A stretch of 64,000 nucleotides of DNA from a virus (IMGVR_UViG_3300028833_000111:30801-94800); one strand, 5' to 3'; positions 50,801 through 60,586 are shown, counted from the first letter of the stretch. Numbers and translations are program-made. The notes: generated by a model from the sequence alone, not told the origin.

Positions 50801-51058
50801 ATGGAATATATAGTTGAAGATAATAAATTATTTAGGATTACAGATGAAGGTAAAAAGCAAAAATTAGGCTTTGTCACTGATAATGGTAGAGGCGATGCAA
50901 TTGCAGTATGCATAAGTCCAATAAAAGAAAATTGGATTAAAGAATGCAAAGAATTTGGCTTACCAAAATATGATAAAAATCAGCCAATACCATTTTGGGA
51001 TGATGGCGTTGATATAAAAAGAGCATTTGATGAATATTATGGAGTTATCGCTAAGTAG
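50801..51058 (+). CDS. Hypothetical protein
   Basis: 85-aa ORF. Confidence 0.55.
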   Translation: MEYIVEDNKLFRITDEGKKQKLGFVTDNGRGDAIAVCISPIKENWIKECKEFGLPKYDKNQPIPFWDDGVDIKRAFDEYYGVIAK

Positions 51059-51299
51059 TAATAAAATATTTGAACTAGGTGATTATATATCTAAGTTCTT
51101 ATTAGACAATGGCTTATCAAATGAAAATGATTTGGTAGTAAAAGTAACGAAAGAGCAATTGAAGAAGATTGATGAAGACCTTTATTATAGGAATAAACCT
51201 GAAGGAAAAGAATTTACTCCATCTGATAATGATGTGATTGTAAAATTTGAAAATCTTAATATTATATTTACTGTAGAAGAAGAACAGCGAGAAGAATAG
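51039..51299 (+). CDS. Hypothetical protein
   Basis: ATG at 51039. Confidence 0.55.
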   Translation: MELSLSSNKIFELGDYISKFLLDNGLSNENDLVVKVTKEQLKKIDEDLYYRNKPEGKEFTPSDNDVIVKFENLNIIFTVEEEQREE

Positions 51300-51317
51300 T
51301 TACTTCTCGCTTTTTTT
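51286..51317 (+). terminator. Intrinsic terminator at a convergent junction
   Basis: AGCGAGAAG-AATAGTTA-CTTCTCGCT followed by a T-run. Confidence 0.75.
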
Positions 51318-52002
51318 ATGGTCTAAGACTGTTTCTACGAATTTTTAAATCTGACCAAGATGTTAGGTTTTTAATTTTTTGAAACCAATTTTTCCTAAGT
51401 TTGCTGTGATAAGCATCACCAGCAAATAATACATATTTTAATCTATTCTTTTCAGATTCTTTCTCTAATTCATTAAATAATCTTATACAGTCTGATTCAT
51501 TTTTACACATTACCATTTCAAGTGAAGATGTTCTTGAAATAAGGAGTTTATTCTGATAGACTAGTACTTGCTTGAAGTTATATTTACTTAAATCGTTTGC
51601 TATTAAGTTTTCGTAAATCCAATTGAAGTCTTTTCTCTGAAAAACAGGGTGATAGCCATAAACCCAAAATGTTTCTTCCTTATCATAGTTTTCTCTGTCA
51701 TATATTATCCAGTTTTCATCATTGGTTTCAAAGTTAATTATCTTACCATTTTCGTCTTTCAATTTTGTTGCCTTTGTTTTATCGTCATTTCTCCTAATAA
51801 TATATAATTCGTAGTTGGCATTGACAAGTTTGCCAATGTTTATATATCTTACCGGAAACCTTACATTTTTGTTTTCAGTAATTAATTCGTCAAATTTCTC
51901 ATTTACAAGCATTTCTGAGGCGCAATTATACAGAGTTTTAATCATTTTTCCATTGCTTGTTAAAATAATGTGAAAAATGTTGCGTTTTGGACGTTTACTC
52001 AT
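51316..52002 (-). CDS. Hypothetical basic protein
   Basis: 228-aa ORF. Confidence 0.6.
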   Translation of the reverse strand: MSKRPKRNIFHIILTSNGKMIKTLYNCASEMLVNEKFDELITENKNVRFPVRYINIGKLVNANYELYIIRRNDDKTKATKLKDENGKIINFETNDENWIIYDRENYDKEETFWVYGYHPVFQRKDFNWIYENLIANDLSKYNFKQVLVYQNKLLISRTSSLEMVMCKNESDCIRLFNELEKESEKNRLKYVLFAGDAYHSKLRKNWFQKIKNLTSWSDLKIRRNSLRP

Positions 52003-52052
52003 ATTTTTGACATTTTTTATCTAATTTATTTCTTTTTTTAGATTTTTTTGTG

Positions 52053-52060
52053 TATATTTG
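52053..52060 (+). promoter_or_regulatory. Bacteroidota -7 promoter element
   Basis: TATATTTG upstream of the accessory operon. Confidence 0.65.
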
Positions 52061-52115
52061 TAGTGATTATATAAAATATTTGTTAAATTTCATTAAAATA
52101 AATACTAAAACGAGT

Positions 52116-52580
52116 ATGAAGATATTTGAAACAGCAGCCGACATTGCTGAGTTGGCACAAGACAAGTTCGAAGAGACAGGACTTGCCCAAATGGGTATTG
52201 ATTTAAAGGTTTTGTCAGTCACGAAGGCTAAATCTATCTTAAAGGTGCAGAGAGCAAACGCTACTACACATTTCTTGACGAAGAAGGACGTTGTTCTTAC
52301 GGTCTATGAGGAAGCATTTGATAGACTTTCAGACGAACACAAGAATTTGTTAATGGAGGGAGTAATATCTAACATTTCTTATGACACAGAGAAGGATAAA
52401 CTAAACGTTGACACAGATTTTTCAAGGGAAATCTTTAGAATGAGACGCAAATATCCTAATTATGTTGATATTGCGGAAGAGTCTTACATTGTTATTGAAC
52501 AGATTGAGGACGAAGAAAGACGCAGAAAAGAAGAAGAGCGTTTGGCGAAACGAGAGAAGAAAAATAACAAGAAAAATTAA
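52116..52580 (+). CDS. Hypothetical protein, possibly a degenerate phage metallopeptidase fold
   Basis: ATG at 52116; EEAFDRLSDEHKNLLMEG lacks an HExxH. Confidence 0.5.
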   Translation: MKIFETAADIAELAQDKFEETGLAQMGIDLKVLSVTKAKSILKVQRANATTHFLTKKDVVLTVYEEAFDRLSDEHKNLLMEGVISNISYDTEKDKLNVDTDFSREIFRMRRKYPNYVDIAEESYIVIEQIEDEERRRKEEERLAKREKKNNKKN

Positions 52581-52587
52581 ATATTAA

Positions 52588-53283
52588 ATGAAGGATAAGT
52601 TAATTCACGTATGCTTTGTCATCGACTCAAGTGGTTCGATGGCTGGAAGCGAAAAGGACGTTATTGGCGGTTTCCGCAAGACTATCGAGGAACAAAAGGC
52701 TGTTAAGGATGGTGAATGTATTGTTTCTCTTTATGAGTTTGCCAGTGGCGTAAAACAAGTTTATCTCGGAAAGAAACTTGACGAAGTAAAAGATTTGGAT
52801 TACTTTGTAGGCGGAATGACAAGATTATACGATGGCATCGGAACTGCTGTTGATGATGTTGGTAAGTGGCTTGCTAATATGGATGAGTCAGAGCGTCCTA
52901 GCAAAAACCTCATCGTTATTATAACAGACGGTGGAGAGAACTCTTCAACTGAGTATAATTTGAAAGACGTTAAGGATAGAATTAAGGAGCAGACAAACAA
53001 ATACTCTTGGGATTTTATCTATCTTGGTAATGACCTTTCAGATGCTAAAGATGCAAACGACATCGGTATTAAGTACAGAGGTTTTACATCAAAGAAGAAG
53101 TTCTATAACAACTACGATGTAATTAATACAGGTATTACTGCATATAGATGTGCTGCAAGTGTTGCAGAAGCAAGCCTTGCACTTGATAGTAGTATTGCTA
53201 AGTCTATGACTGCTCTTAATGAAGAATACAAAGAAGATACTGGTATAGACTTAACAAATAGTGCGAGTGCTATTTCAAATTAA
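52588..53283 (+). CDS. von Willebrand factor A domain protein
   Basis: MIDAS motif DSSGS, GMTRLYDGI, IITDGGENSS. Confidence 0.9.
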   Translation: MKDKLIHVCFVIDSSGSMAGSEKDVIGGFRKTIEEQKAVKDGECIVSLYEFASGVKQVYLGKKLDEVKDLDYFVGGMTRLYDGIGTAVDDVGKWLANMDESERPSKNLIVIITDGGENSSTEYNLKDVKDRIKEQTNKYSWDFIYLGNDLSDAKDANDIGIKYRGFTSKKKFYNNYDVINTGITAYRCAASVAEASLALDSSIAKSMTALNEEYKEDTGIDLTNSASAISN

Positions 53284-53297
53284 TACAAGTAAATGAT

Positions 53298-53330
53298 ATG
53301 GGAGTATCTTCGAAAGAAGACTCCCATTTT
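53298..53330 (+). terminator. Hairpin/terminator
   Basis: ATGGGAGT...ACTCCCATTTT. Confidence 0.6.
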
Positions 53331-53339
53331 GGGTTTTAA

Positions 53340-54170
53340 ATGGCTAATTTTGATTTATTCCTGGGTGATTGCATTGAATCAATGGATGTACTAATCAAAC
53401 AAGGTAGAAAGGTTGATTTGACTGTAACTAGCCCACCTTACGATGATATATATGACTACAATGGAACTTTGATTTGGAACAATGATGTTTTCAAAGAGGT
53501 TGCCAAAAAATTGTATGAGATAACAAACGATGGAGGCATTGTTGTATGGGTTGTAAATGACCAAATGAAAAATGGTTCTGAAACTGGCACATCGTTTAAG
53601 CAAGCACTATACTTTATGGAAATTGGATTTAAATTGCACGATACAATGATATATGCGAAGAATAATCCAGTACCAAATGCAAGAACAAGATACCAACAAT
53701 CATTCGAATATATGTTTGTGTTTTCAAAGGGTAAGCCAAAGACAACGAACATATTAAAAGAACCAAGAAGCAACAAATGGAATGATAAAAGATGCTTTAG
53801 AAAAGAAAAGCGTTTTAACAGGGATAAGGATGGGCAATTCTCTGTAAAGAAAGATTTCAGTTTTGATATTAACGAAGAAGTTCCTAGAAGAAATATTTGG
53901 TATTATTCAGTAGGACTTAACGGAAGTACAAAAGATAGAAACGCTTTTAAGCATCCTGCAATTTTTCCGGAAAAGTTGGCGCAAGACCATATATTGAGTT
54001 GGTCTAATGAAGGAGATACTGTGTTTGACCCATTTATGGGTAGCGGAACAACTGGTAAAATGGCACTATTAAATAATAGAGATTTTATTGGGGTAGAAAA
54101 AGTAGAGGAATATTACAATATATCTTTAAAACGTATTTCAGATGCTTACAACAGCAAAAGTGATAATTGA
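53340..54170 (+). CDS. Beta-class N4-cytosine/N6-adenine DNA methyltransferase (orphan)
   Basis: TSPPY before HPAIFP and DPFMGSGTT. Confidence 0.92.
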   Translation: MANFDLFLGDCIESMDVLIKQGRKVDLTVTSPPYDDIYDYNGTLIWNNDVFKEVAKKLYEITNDGGIVVWVVNDQMKNGSETGTSFKQALYFMEIGFKLHDTMIYAKNNPVPNARTRYQQSFEYMFVFSKGKPKTTNILKEPRSNKWNDKRCFRKEKRFNRDKDGQFSVKKDFSFDINEEVPRRNIWYYSVGLNGSTKDRNAFKHPAIFPEKLAQDHILSWSNEGDTVFDPFMGSGTTGKMALLNNRDFIGVEKVEEYYNISLKRISDAYNSKSDN

Positions 54171-54372
54171 CTTAAATAAAAGCATGGTAGACCATTTTGC
54201 TTTTTTAAGGGATGATTGTGATAATAAAAAACTTGTTGATGGATATAAGTCGTTTAAAAAAATTTCATATGCATTAAAAAATATGAATAAAACTCCTGAC
54301 TATAAGACAATAGAATTGCATAAAGCAGCAGAAGATGTCATTGAAAATGTGGCCATTGAACCAAAATATTAG
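54142..54372 (+). CDS. Small hypothetical protein
   Basis: 76 aa, coupled. Confidence 0.5.
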   Translation: MLTTAKVIIDLNKSMVDHFAFLRDDCDNKKLVDGYKSFKKISYALKNMNKTPDYKTIELHKAAEDVIENVAIEPKY

Positions 54373-54375
54373 AAT

Positions 54376-54591
54376 ATGATAAAAAAGGATGATATTATTG
54401 CTTTTATAAAAAAAACATTCGGGGAATGTGAGGTTGATATACTGGTTAACGATGAAACACTTATTAATGAACATAAAAAATTAATTAAATTGTTGCATAC
54501 CTTGTACAATTCTCATAACAATGTATGCGCTAACGAAAGATTTAAAAAACAAGTGAGAATTTGGCGTAAATGCATTAAAATTAACTATTGA
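54376..54591 (+). CDS. Small hypothetical protein
   Basis: 71 aa, coupled. Confidence 0.5.
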   Translation: MIKKDDIIAFIKKTFGECEVDILVNDETLINEHKKLIKLLHTLYNSHNNVCANERFKKQVRIWRKCIKINY

Positions 54592-54592
54592 T

Positions 54593-54832
54593 ATGCTTAC
54601 AAAAGATGATATAAAGAATAGAATAGAAAAATGTAACGAAGGAAGAATAAAAATAGTTTCTATTAGTGATGAAGATTCGTTTGTTAAAAACTTTATAAGG
54701 TTAATAAAGTTGAAAGCGGCACGTTGTAATAGAAAAAAAGTCACTTTTGAAGAAAGACAACAACAGCATAAAGAGTTAGTTAAAACATATGACAAGTTTT
54801 GTAGCACATTTTACGCAGAAGTACTATGGTAG
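54593..54832 (+). CDS. Small hypothetical protein
   Basis: 79 aa, coupled. Confidence 0.5.
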   Translation: MLTKDDIKNRIEKCNEGRIKIVSISDEDSFVKNFIRLIKLKAARCNRKKVTFEERQQQHKELVKTYDKFCSTFYAEVLW

Positions 54833-55323
54833 TAGAAGCACCTAACAGATTAGAGTCATACGATGACTTGGGAATTACTTTTTTCCTAGCGGGAACAATT
54901 GACAATGGCGAATCATTAGATTGGCAGAAAGAAATATCTGATTATTCCAATGAAATAGGTGTTAATGTGTTTAACCCTAGAAGAAATAATTGGGATAAGG
55001 ATGCAGGCTCTAAGGAGATTGTAAGACAGATTGATTGGGAATTGGAGCATATGGAGAAAGCAGATTATATAATAATGAACATATTGGGTAACTCTAAATC
55101 TCCAATTTCTCTCTTGGAACTTGGTCTTCACGCCAGGGACGGAAAACTCATAGTATTCTGTCCAAAAAGTTTTTATAGATACGATAACGTAAGAGTCACT
55201 TGTGAAACTTATGGTGTTAAACTATACAGTATAGAGGATTATAAGAACAATATAGATGAAATAAAACTCTTAATGTTAGAAAAGAAAAATGTTAACAGAA
55301 CAAAACATCAGGAAAATACTTAA
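54826..55323 (+). CDS. Nucleoside 2-deoxyribosyltransferase-like protein
   Basis: FLAGTI...WQ...FNPRR...QIDWE...SPISLLELG. Confidence 0.8.
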   Translation: MVVEAPNRLESYDDLGITFFLAGTIDNGESLDWQKEISDYSNEIGVNVFNPRRNNWDKDAGSKEIVRQIDWELEHMEKADYIIMNILGNSKSPISLLELGLHARDGKLIVFCPKSFYRYDNVRVTCETYGVKLYSIEDYKNNIDEIKLLMLEKKNVNRTKHQENT

Positions 55324-55528
55324 AGATAGGTATTCTTTGGAAGCTGGAAGAATATATGTTGATATTGATGAGTTAATTCATTCTTTCAAAATATTCCATA
55401 AGATGTTAGCAGGCTGGAGTAACGCCAATGAAGAAGGAAAAACATCAATAACTCATAAATACTGTAAAATGCGAGATATGAGTGGTGGTAAAATAAAAGC
55501 AATTAATAAATGCATAGAAATATGGTAA
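55289..55528 (+). CDS. Small hypothetical protein
   Basis: 79 aa, coupled. Confidence 0.5.
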   Translation: MLTEQNIRKILKDRYSLEAGRIYVDIDELIHSFKIFHKMLAGWSNANEEGKTSITHKYCKMRDMSGGKIKAINKCIEIW

Positions 55529-55529
55529 T

Positions 55530-56333
55530 ATGATTGAAACGAATAAAATATATTGTGGTGATGCAACACATGTTTTAGAAAATATAGATACAGAATGTGT
55601 TGACATGATTATAACGTCACCTCCTTATAGTAACCTTAGACATTATGGAAACACTCTAATAGGATGGAATCACGATAAATTCAAAGAAATAGCAAATGAG
55701 CTTAATAGGGTTCTTAAACCAGGAGGTGTTATTGTTTGGGTTGTAGGAGATAAGACTGAGAAAGGCTCAGAATCTTGCATACCATTCAAACAAGCCCTTT
55801 ATTTCAGAGATATTGGTCTTAATCTGAATGACACGATGATTTGGAGAAAGACAAATCCTATGCCAGAGGTTAAACAGCCAAGATACAGACAATGTTTTGA
55901 GTATATGTTTGTTTTCTCAAAGGGTAAGCCTAAGACTTTCAATCCAATAATGAGAAAATGTGTCGAAAGCGGAAAACATTATAGGTCAACTGTTAAGGTG
56001 ATTGGAGGTGAAGAAGGAAGAAAGGACATTGACTACTTTGTAAGCAATGAAACAACTGAGTATAACGTTTGGGATATGTCTGTTGCTCAGAACAAGATTG
56101 TTTACGATTTAGGTGACAAAAAACTAAAGCACCCAGCAGTTTTTCCATATAATATACCTTTCAAACACATAAAGACTTGGACTAATGAGGGTGACTTAGT
56201 TCTTGACCCATTCATAGGTAGTGGAACAACAGCTCTGGCTGCTATGGACTTGAAAAGAAACTATATTGGCATTGATGCTAACGAAGATTATTGCAAAATT
56301 GCAGAAATAAGAATAAGGGCAAATGGAAAGTAA
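55530..56333 (+). CDS. Second beta-class DNA methyltransferase (paralog of 53340)
   Basis: TSPPY, HPAVFP and DPFIGSGTT; shares FEYMFVFSKGKPKT with 53340. Confidence 0.92.
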   Translation: MIETNKIYCGDATHVLENIDTECVDMIITSPPYSNLRHYGNTLIGWNHDKFKEIANELNRVLKPGGVIVWVVGDKTEKGSESCIPFKQALYFRDIGLNLNDTMIWRKTNPMPEVKQPRYRQCFEYMFVFSKGKPKTFNPIMRKCVESGKHYRSTVKVIGGEEGRKDIDYFVSNETTEYNVWDMSVAQNKIVYDLGDKKLKHPAVFPYNIPFKHIKTWTNEGDLVLDPFIGSGTTALAAMDLKRNYIGIDANEDYCKIAEIRIRANGK

Positions 56334-56478
56334 AGTGGTAACGTACAAAAAAATTGAAGAAGCGTTTAAAACTCTTGGTTTGTGTCATGCTAGAAGAACT
56401 AGAATGGTATGTAAAGATTGGAACAGAAGAAAACTATTATTTATGCAAGAAAACGATGAAGAAGGAATATATTATTGA
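56323..56478 (+). CDS. 51-aa hypothetical protein
   Basis: MESKVVTYKK...EEGIYY*, overlaps both neighbours. Confidence 0.4.
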   Translation: MESKVVTYKKIEEAFKTLGLCHARRTRMVCKDWNRRKLLFMQENDEEGIYY

Positions 56479-56590
56479 TAAAAAGGTTAAAACTTTTACA
56501 AAAGCCTATTGTAAGGCAATTAATATGAATAGGTATGGTATCTTTAGTACAATTATGAAAATTGAAGAAAGAATAAAAAGGCATGGTTAA
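56456..56590 (+). CDS. 44-aa hypothetical protein
   Basis: ATG at 56456 within the track ORF 56354-56590. Confidence 0.4.
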   Translation: MKKEYIIDKKVKTFTKAYCKAINMNRYGIFSTIMKIEERIKRHG

Positions 56591-56711
56591 AACATATAGA
56601 AATTTTAAATGGCTGAAATCATTTCGTGAAGATGATTCACATGATATGGTAAAATGTATCTGCTCAATTTGGAATAAACAGCCTTATATGTCAGCAGAGG
56701 AAGAAGAATGA
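56583..56711 (+). CDS. 42-aa hypothetical protein
   Basis: MVKTYRNFKW...AEEEE*, fills the gap. Confidence 0.4.
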   Translation: MVKTYRNFKWLKSFREDDSHDMVKCICSIWNKQPYMSAEEEE

Positions 56712-56732
56712 CAACATTTTTAATTAATAGTT

Positions 56733-56945
56733 ATGAAAAAATTTGAATACGAACAGTATGATTATTCTTTTCTTTATGGCATATTAACCGAAAAACAAAG
56801 GAAAAGTTTACAAGAAGTTTTAAATAGGTTTATAGGTCGCCCAAATACAGAAATGACAAGATATGAGATTAAATATGCTGTTGAGGGATGGCTTAGAATG
56901 AACAATATAGAACTAACTGGAGACATGAAATTAGAACTTGAATAA
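56733..56945 (+). CDS. Hypothetical protein
   Basis: 70-aa ORF. Confidence 0.5.
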   Translation: MKKFEYEQYDYSFLYGILTEKQRKSLQEVLNRFIGRPNTEMTRYEIKYAVEGWLRMNNIELTGDMKLELE

Positions 56946-56946
56946 T

Positions 56947-57477
56947 ATGGCAATAGTAATTAATTTATTTGCGGGTCCAGGTGTTGGCAAAAGTACTACA
57001 GCAGCAAAGGTGTTTGCTGAACTAAAAATGAGAAATGTAAATTGTGAAATGGCACTTGAGTTTGCCAAAGATAAGGTTTGGGAAGAGTCATTTAAGACTA
57101 TGGACGACCAGATTTACATTTTCGGAAAACAATTCCATAAGATATGGCGTTTGAAAGATAAGGTTGACGTAATCATCTGCGATTCGCCTCTACCAATATC
57201 AATTGTGTATGATAAGGAGAATAGCGAAGCATTCCACACCCTTATAATGGAACAATTCAATAAGTTTGAAAATTACAATTTTTTGCTTGAACGTGGAGTT
57301 GCTTATCAGAGTGAGGGTAGAGTTCAAACAGAAGAGGAAGCAAAGGAGGTAGATAAAGCAGTAAAGAATGTTCTGGAGAAATATAAGATTTATCACTATA
57401 TACAGCCTATTGACGGCGCAGCAGATGTTATAGTAAAAATGGTTTTAAAAATTTTAAGCGAAAAGAAAAATGGATAA
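56947..57477 (+). CDS. P-loop nucleoside/nucleotide kinase-like protein (AAA_28/NadR-type)
   Basis: GPGVGKST, EFAK, IICDSP, GRVQT. Confidence 0.8.
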   Translation: MAIVINLFAGPGVGKSTTAAKVFAELKMRNVNCEMALEFAKDKVWEESFKTMDDQIYIFGKQFHKIWRLKDKVDVIICDSPLPISIVYDKENSEAFHTLIMEQFNKFENYNFLLERGVAYQSEGRVQTEEEAKEVDKAVKNVLEKYKIYHYIQPIDGAADVIVKMVLKILSEKKNG

Positions 57478-58141
57478 ATTAGTAAAAGATTTTAGACAGT
57501 TCGCATTTGATAAAACAAATGTAAGGCCATCAGCACTAGATGCCAAAATTAAAGATTCAGCAACTCCGTTTATTCTTGAAGAAAGAAAAATGAATGTTGC
57601 GCAACTTGATGTTTTTTCAAGATTAATGTATGATAGGATTATATTTTTGAGTGGAGAAGTCACGCCAGAGTCTATGGATATAATAACGGCACAATTATTA
57701 TATTTAGATTCAATTGAAGATAGGGATATAAACATTTATATTAATTCAGGAGGCGGAGATTGTTATAGCGGGCTACAATTAATATCTGTCATGGATTTTA
57801 TAAAAAGTAATGTATCTACAACTGTTCTTGGTATTGCAGCATCTATGGCAGCAGTAATAGCATCAAATGGAGAAAAGGGTAAAAGGTTTATATTACCATA
57901 TTCAAGATTTATGATTCATCAACCTTCTAGTTATAACGGATATTCAAAATATACAGATAGTAAAATTGCTTTACAAGAAATGGAATCTGTTAGAAATGAT
58001 TTATATGAAGTACTTGCAAAAAATAGCGGTAAATCAATAGAAGAAACTATACAGTTGTGCGAAAATGGAGATAGGTGGATGAAAGCCAATGAAGCTATAG
58101 ATTTGGGATATGTTGATAAAATAGTTACATCAACAAAATGA
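57470..58141 (+). CDS. clpP: ATP-dependent Clp protease proteolytic subunit
   Basis: DVFSRLMYDRIIFL, YINSGGG, AASMAA (Ser), MIHQP (His), DRWM. Confidence 0.93.
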   Translation: MDKLVKDFRQFAFDKTNVRPSALDAKIKDSATPFILEERKMNVAQLDVFSRLMYDRIIFLSGEVTPESMDIITAQLLYLDSIEDRDINIYINSGGGDCYSGLQLISVMDFIKSNVSTTVLGIAASMAAVIASNGEKGKRFILPYSRFMIHQPSSYNGYSKYTDSKIALQEMESVRNDLYEVLAKNSGKSIEETIQLCENGDRWMKANEAIDLGYVDKIVTSTK

Positions 58142-58199
58142 TTTTTGGTTATAAGTAGTACTTATGGGTTGTTCATAATATTTATTAATAAATGACATT

Positions 58200-59096
58200 A
58201 TGAAGTACTATATTTATGGATTGTATTCTAGTGAAAATGGTATTATTAGGTATATTGGAAAAACTAAAAATAGTATTTTCACTAGATTAAATGAACACAA
58301 ATGTGATGCATTAACTAAAAAATTAAAAAGTCATAAATGTAATTGGATTAGAAAAGTTTATAAAAATGGATATGAAGTTAATGTTAAGTTAATAGAAGAA
58401 GTTAATGAAGATAATTGGCAAGAAAGGGAAATTTTTTGGATAAAAAAGTATAGAGTTGACGGTAATATAGTTAATCAGTTGGATGGAGGTGAAAGTGGAG
58501 GGATGGGAGGAAAACTTTTCCAATATTCATATGAAGAAACGAAAAACTTTATTACTGAAAATAATTTAAAGTTTTGCTCATATTCAGAGTACAAAAAGTT
58601 TTTAAATGATAACAAATCATTCAGTAAACGTTTACCACTTTGTCCTAAAAAAGTCTTTTTAAAAAGAAAAGAATGGGTTAGCTGGGGAGATTTTTTTGGT
58701 AACAAATATGTTAGTGATAAAGAAAAAAATGAAAGATATTTTTCATATGATGATGCTAAAAAAATATTAAAATTAAACAATATTAAAACAAGAAAAGAAT
58801 ATTTTTCTTTTTTAAAAACTGAAAATAGACTTCCGCTTCGTCCCTGGATAGTATATAATAAGAAAGGATGGGTTAGTTGCTATGACTTCTTTTCAAAGAA
58901 AAAGATAAAAAAATGCCATTATGAGGTTTTTAAAAGATATTTAGCAATTATTTTTAAAAAACCCATTTTTATGTCTGAATATGAAATGGCATATCATAGC
59001 GGAAAGTATAGTAAAAAAATACCAGCACATCCGGACAGGGTTTATAAAAAAAAATGGACTGAAATTATAAATGATGTTTTTTATTTAAATAAATGA
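58200..59096 (+). mobile_element. Free-standing GIY-YIG homing endonuclease with C-terminal DNA-binding repeats
   Basis: YIYGL...YIGKT..R..H...ERE..WI...N...GGE; repeated P..P..VY...WVS..DFF units. Confidence 0.8.
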
Positions 59097-59136
59097 GATT
59101 AATACTATATTTATTAAAAAAATGTAATATTTAGAT

Positions 59137-59601
59137 ATGGTATTAAGATTAGTTGAATCTGATTTGCACAGATTAATTTCTTCTACGGTTCAGAAGATTT
59201 TAAAAGAGAATGCTGATAACAATGGACTATTGAGTAGGATAGTTGAACGTTTATCTAGCACAGAAATCCCATCAAACAAAGGAGAAAACTATGTAGATGT
59301 TCCACTTGATGATGAAGGAAATATCATTGCATGCATTGATTACGAGATTGAAGACAATAGATATTTGGTAAGAGGAATGCAAAGCAATGATTATGATGTT
59401 CCTGATGACCCAGATGAAGTTGAGGGAGATTATCAAGTATTCATTACAAGCATAGTTATTGATGAGAATGGTGAGCAGACACCAATCGAAGATAATGGAA
59501 TGGTAGCAAATGCTTTAAAGAGTCTAATTAACCCAGATATGGATGATTTAGAGTATTATGAGGATGATGACCATTCTGGATGGGATGAAAGATGGAGATA
59601 A
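59137..59601 (+). CDS. Putative internal head protein with acidic cargo domain
   Basis: LRLVESDLHRLISSTVQKILKE. Confidence 0.55.
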   Translation: MVLRLVESDLHRLISSTVQKILKENADNNGLLSRIVERLSSTEIPSNKGENYVDVPLDDEGNIIACIDYEIEDNRYLVRGMQSNDYDVPDDPDEVEGDYQVFITSIVIDENGEQTPIEDNGMVANALKSLINPDMDDLEYYEDDDHSGWDERWR

Positions 59602-59654
59602 AATAAGGTAACTATATACAATTAGACCCCTAACAAATATTTATAAAAAAACAT

Positions 59655-60410
59655 ATGGTCAACATAGACAGAATCATAACAGAAGAAATAGAAAAAGCTA
59701 TAAACAAGAATTATGTTTTAGAATATCTTGATAAAATGACTTCTGATGCAATGCGTAGTTTAGGTACTCAAGATAAACCATCAGATTTAGCTAATAGAAC
59801 TTATCGTTATTTAAGAAAAGATACTTGGTATCCTAAAGCTAGTGAGACTGGTCTTCAGAAAAATGATTGGTTGGTACACATCACCGACTTAGCCACTGGT
59901 TATAAAATAATGAAGGAAGGTTTCAAGAGTTCTATTAGAGACTTGAATTTCAGAGCCACTCAAGATTTAGATAATACTGAAGAAATGACGAAAAATGGAC
60001 TTTGTTTTGCTCATGAATTAACTAGGGATGATGATTGGATAGATTATGTTGAAGATGATATGTGCGCCATTGTTTTCCAAGCAAATGGATTTAATGCTTT
60101 TTCTTATTTTGGTGAGATATATGAGGTTATTTTTAATGCCAATTCTGCTCATAATCTTTTAATGATTCTTCCTATGAATAAAAAAGAAGAAGAGAAGTAT
60201 TTGAGGTATAATAATATTCCGATGGAGTCTTTTAAGGGTGTTAAGATTGTGGATAAAAACGGCAAGGTTTTAAGGTATTGCAATGCTACTGATTATTTTG
60301 GCGTTAAGAATGTATATAAAGTTAAAAGTGCTGATAATCCATCAAGTGCAGAAGAATGGCTTAATAATGCGTCTACACAATATAGAAAACATTTTGGTGG
60401 GGTCAAATAG
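59655..60410 (+). CDS. Putative internal head protein, possible ART-like domain
   Basis: IDRIITEEI N-terminus; WLVHITD...IMKEGF...EIYEVIF. Confidence 0.45.
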   Translation: MVNIDRIITEEIEKAINKNYVLEYLDKMTSDAMRSLGTQDKPSDLANRTYRYLRKDTWYPKASETGLQKNDWLVHITDLATGYKIMKEGFKSSIRDLNFRATQDLDNTEEMTKNGLCFAHELTRDDDWIDYVEDDMCAIVFQANGFNAFSYFGEIYEVIFNANSAHNLLMILPMNKKEEEKYLRYNNIPMESFKGVKIVDKNGKVLRYCNATDYFGVKNVYKVKSADNPSSAEEWLNNASTQYRKHFGGVK

Positions 60411-60457
60411 TATATAATTACCTAAAATAATAATTATTATATAAAACATTTAATAAC

Positions 60458-60586
60458 ATGGCATGTGGATGTAAAAACAAAGCAGGAAATGCAAGTACAA
60501 ACGTGGTAAAGCCAGCACCAACACAGGAGGCTAAACCACAAAAGACTTCAAATGGAGCAAGAATAATCAAAAGAGAAATTAGATAG
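60458..60586 (+). CDS. 42-aa basic microprotein (absent from ORF track)
   Basis: MACGCKNKAG...IIKREIR*. Confidence 0.6.
   Translation: MACGCKNKAGNASTNVVKPAPTQEAKPQKTSNGARIIKREIR

Noticed and set aside
52588-53283. vWA protein as the Ro60/TROVE partner of the Y-like RNA
   Set aside because: It is a stand-alone 231-aa vWA domain without the large helical TROVE ring.
56-58780. Numerous short antisense or nested ORFs in the track (e.g. 432-707, 18738-19067, 41972-42331, 43557-44012)
   Set aside because: They are shadow ORFs of long, motif-bearing genes, with Ser/Phe/Leu-rich antisense composition.
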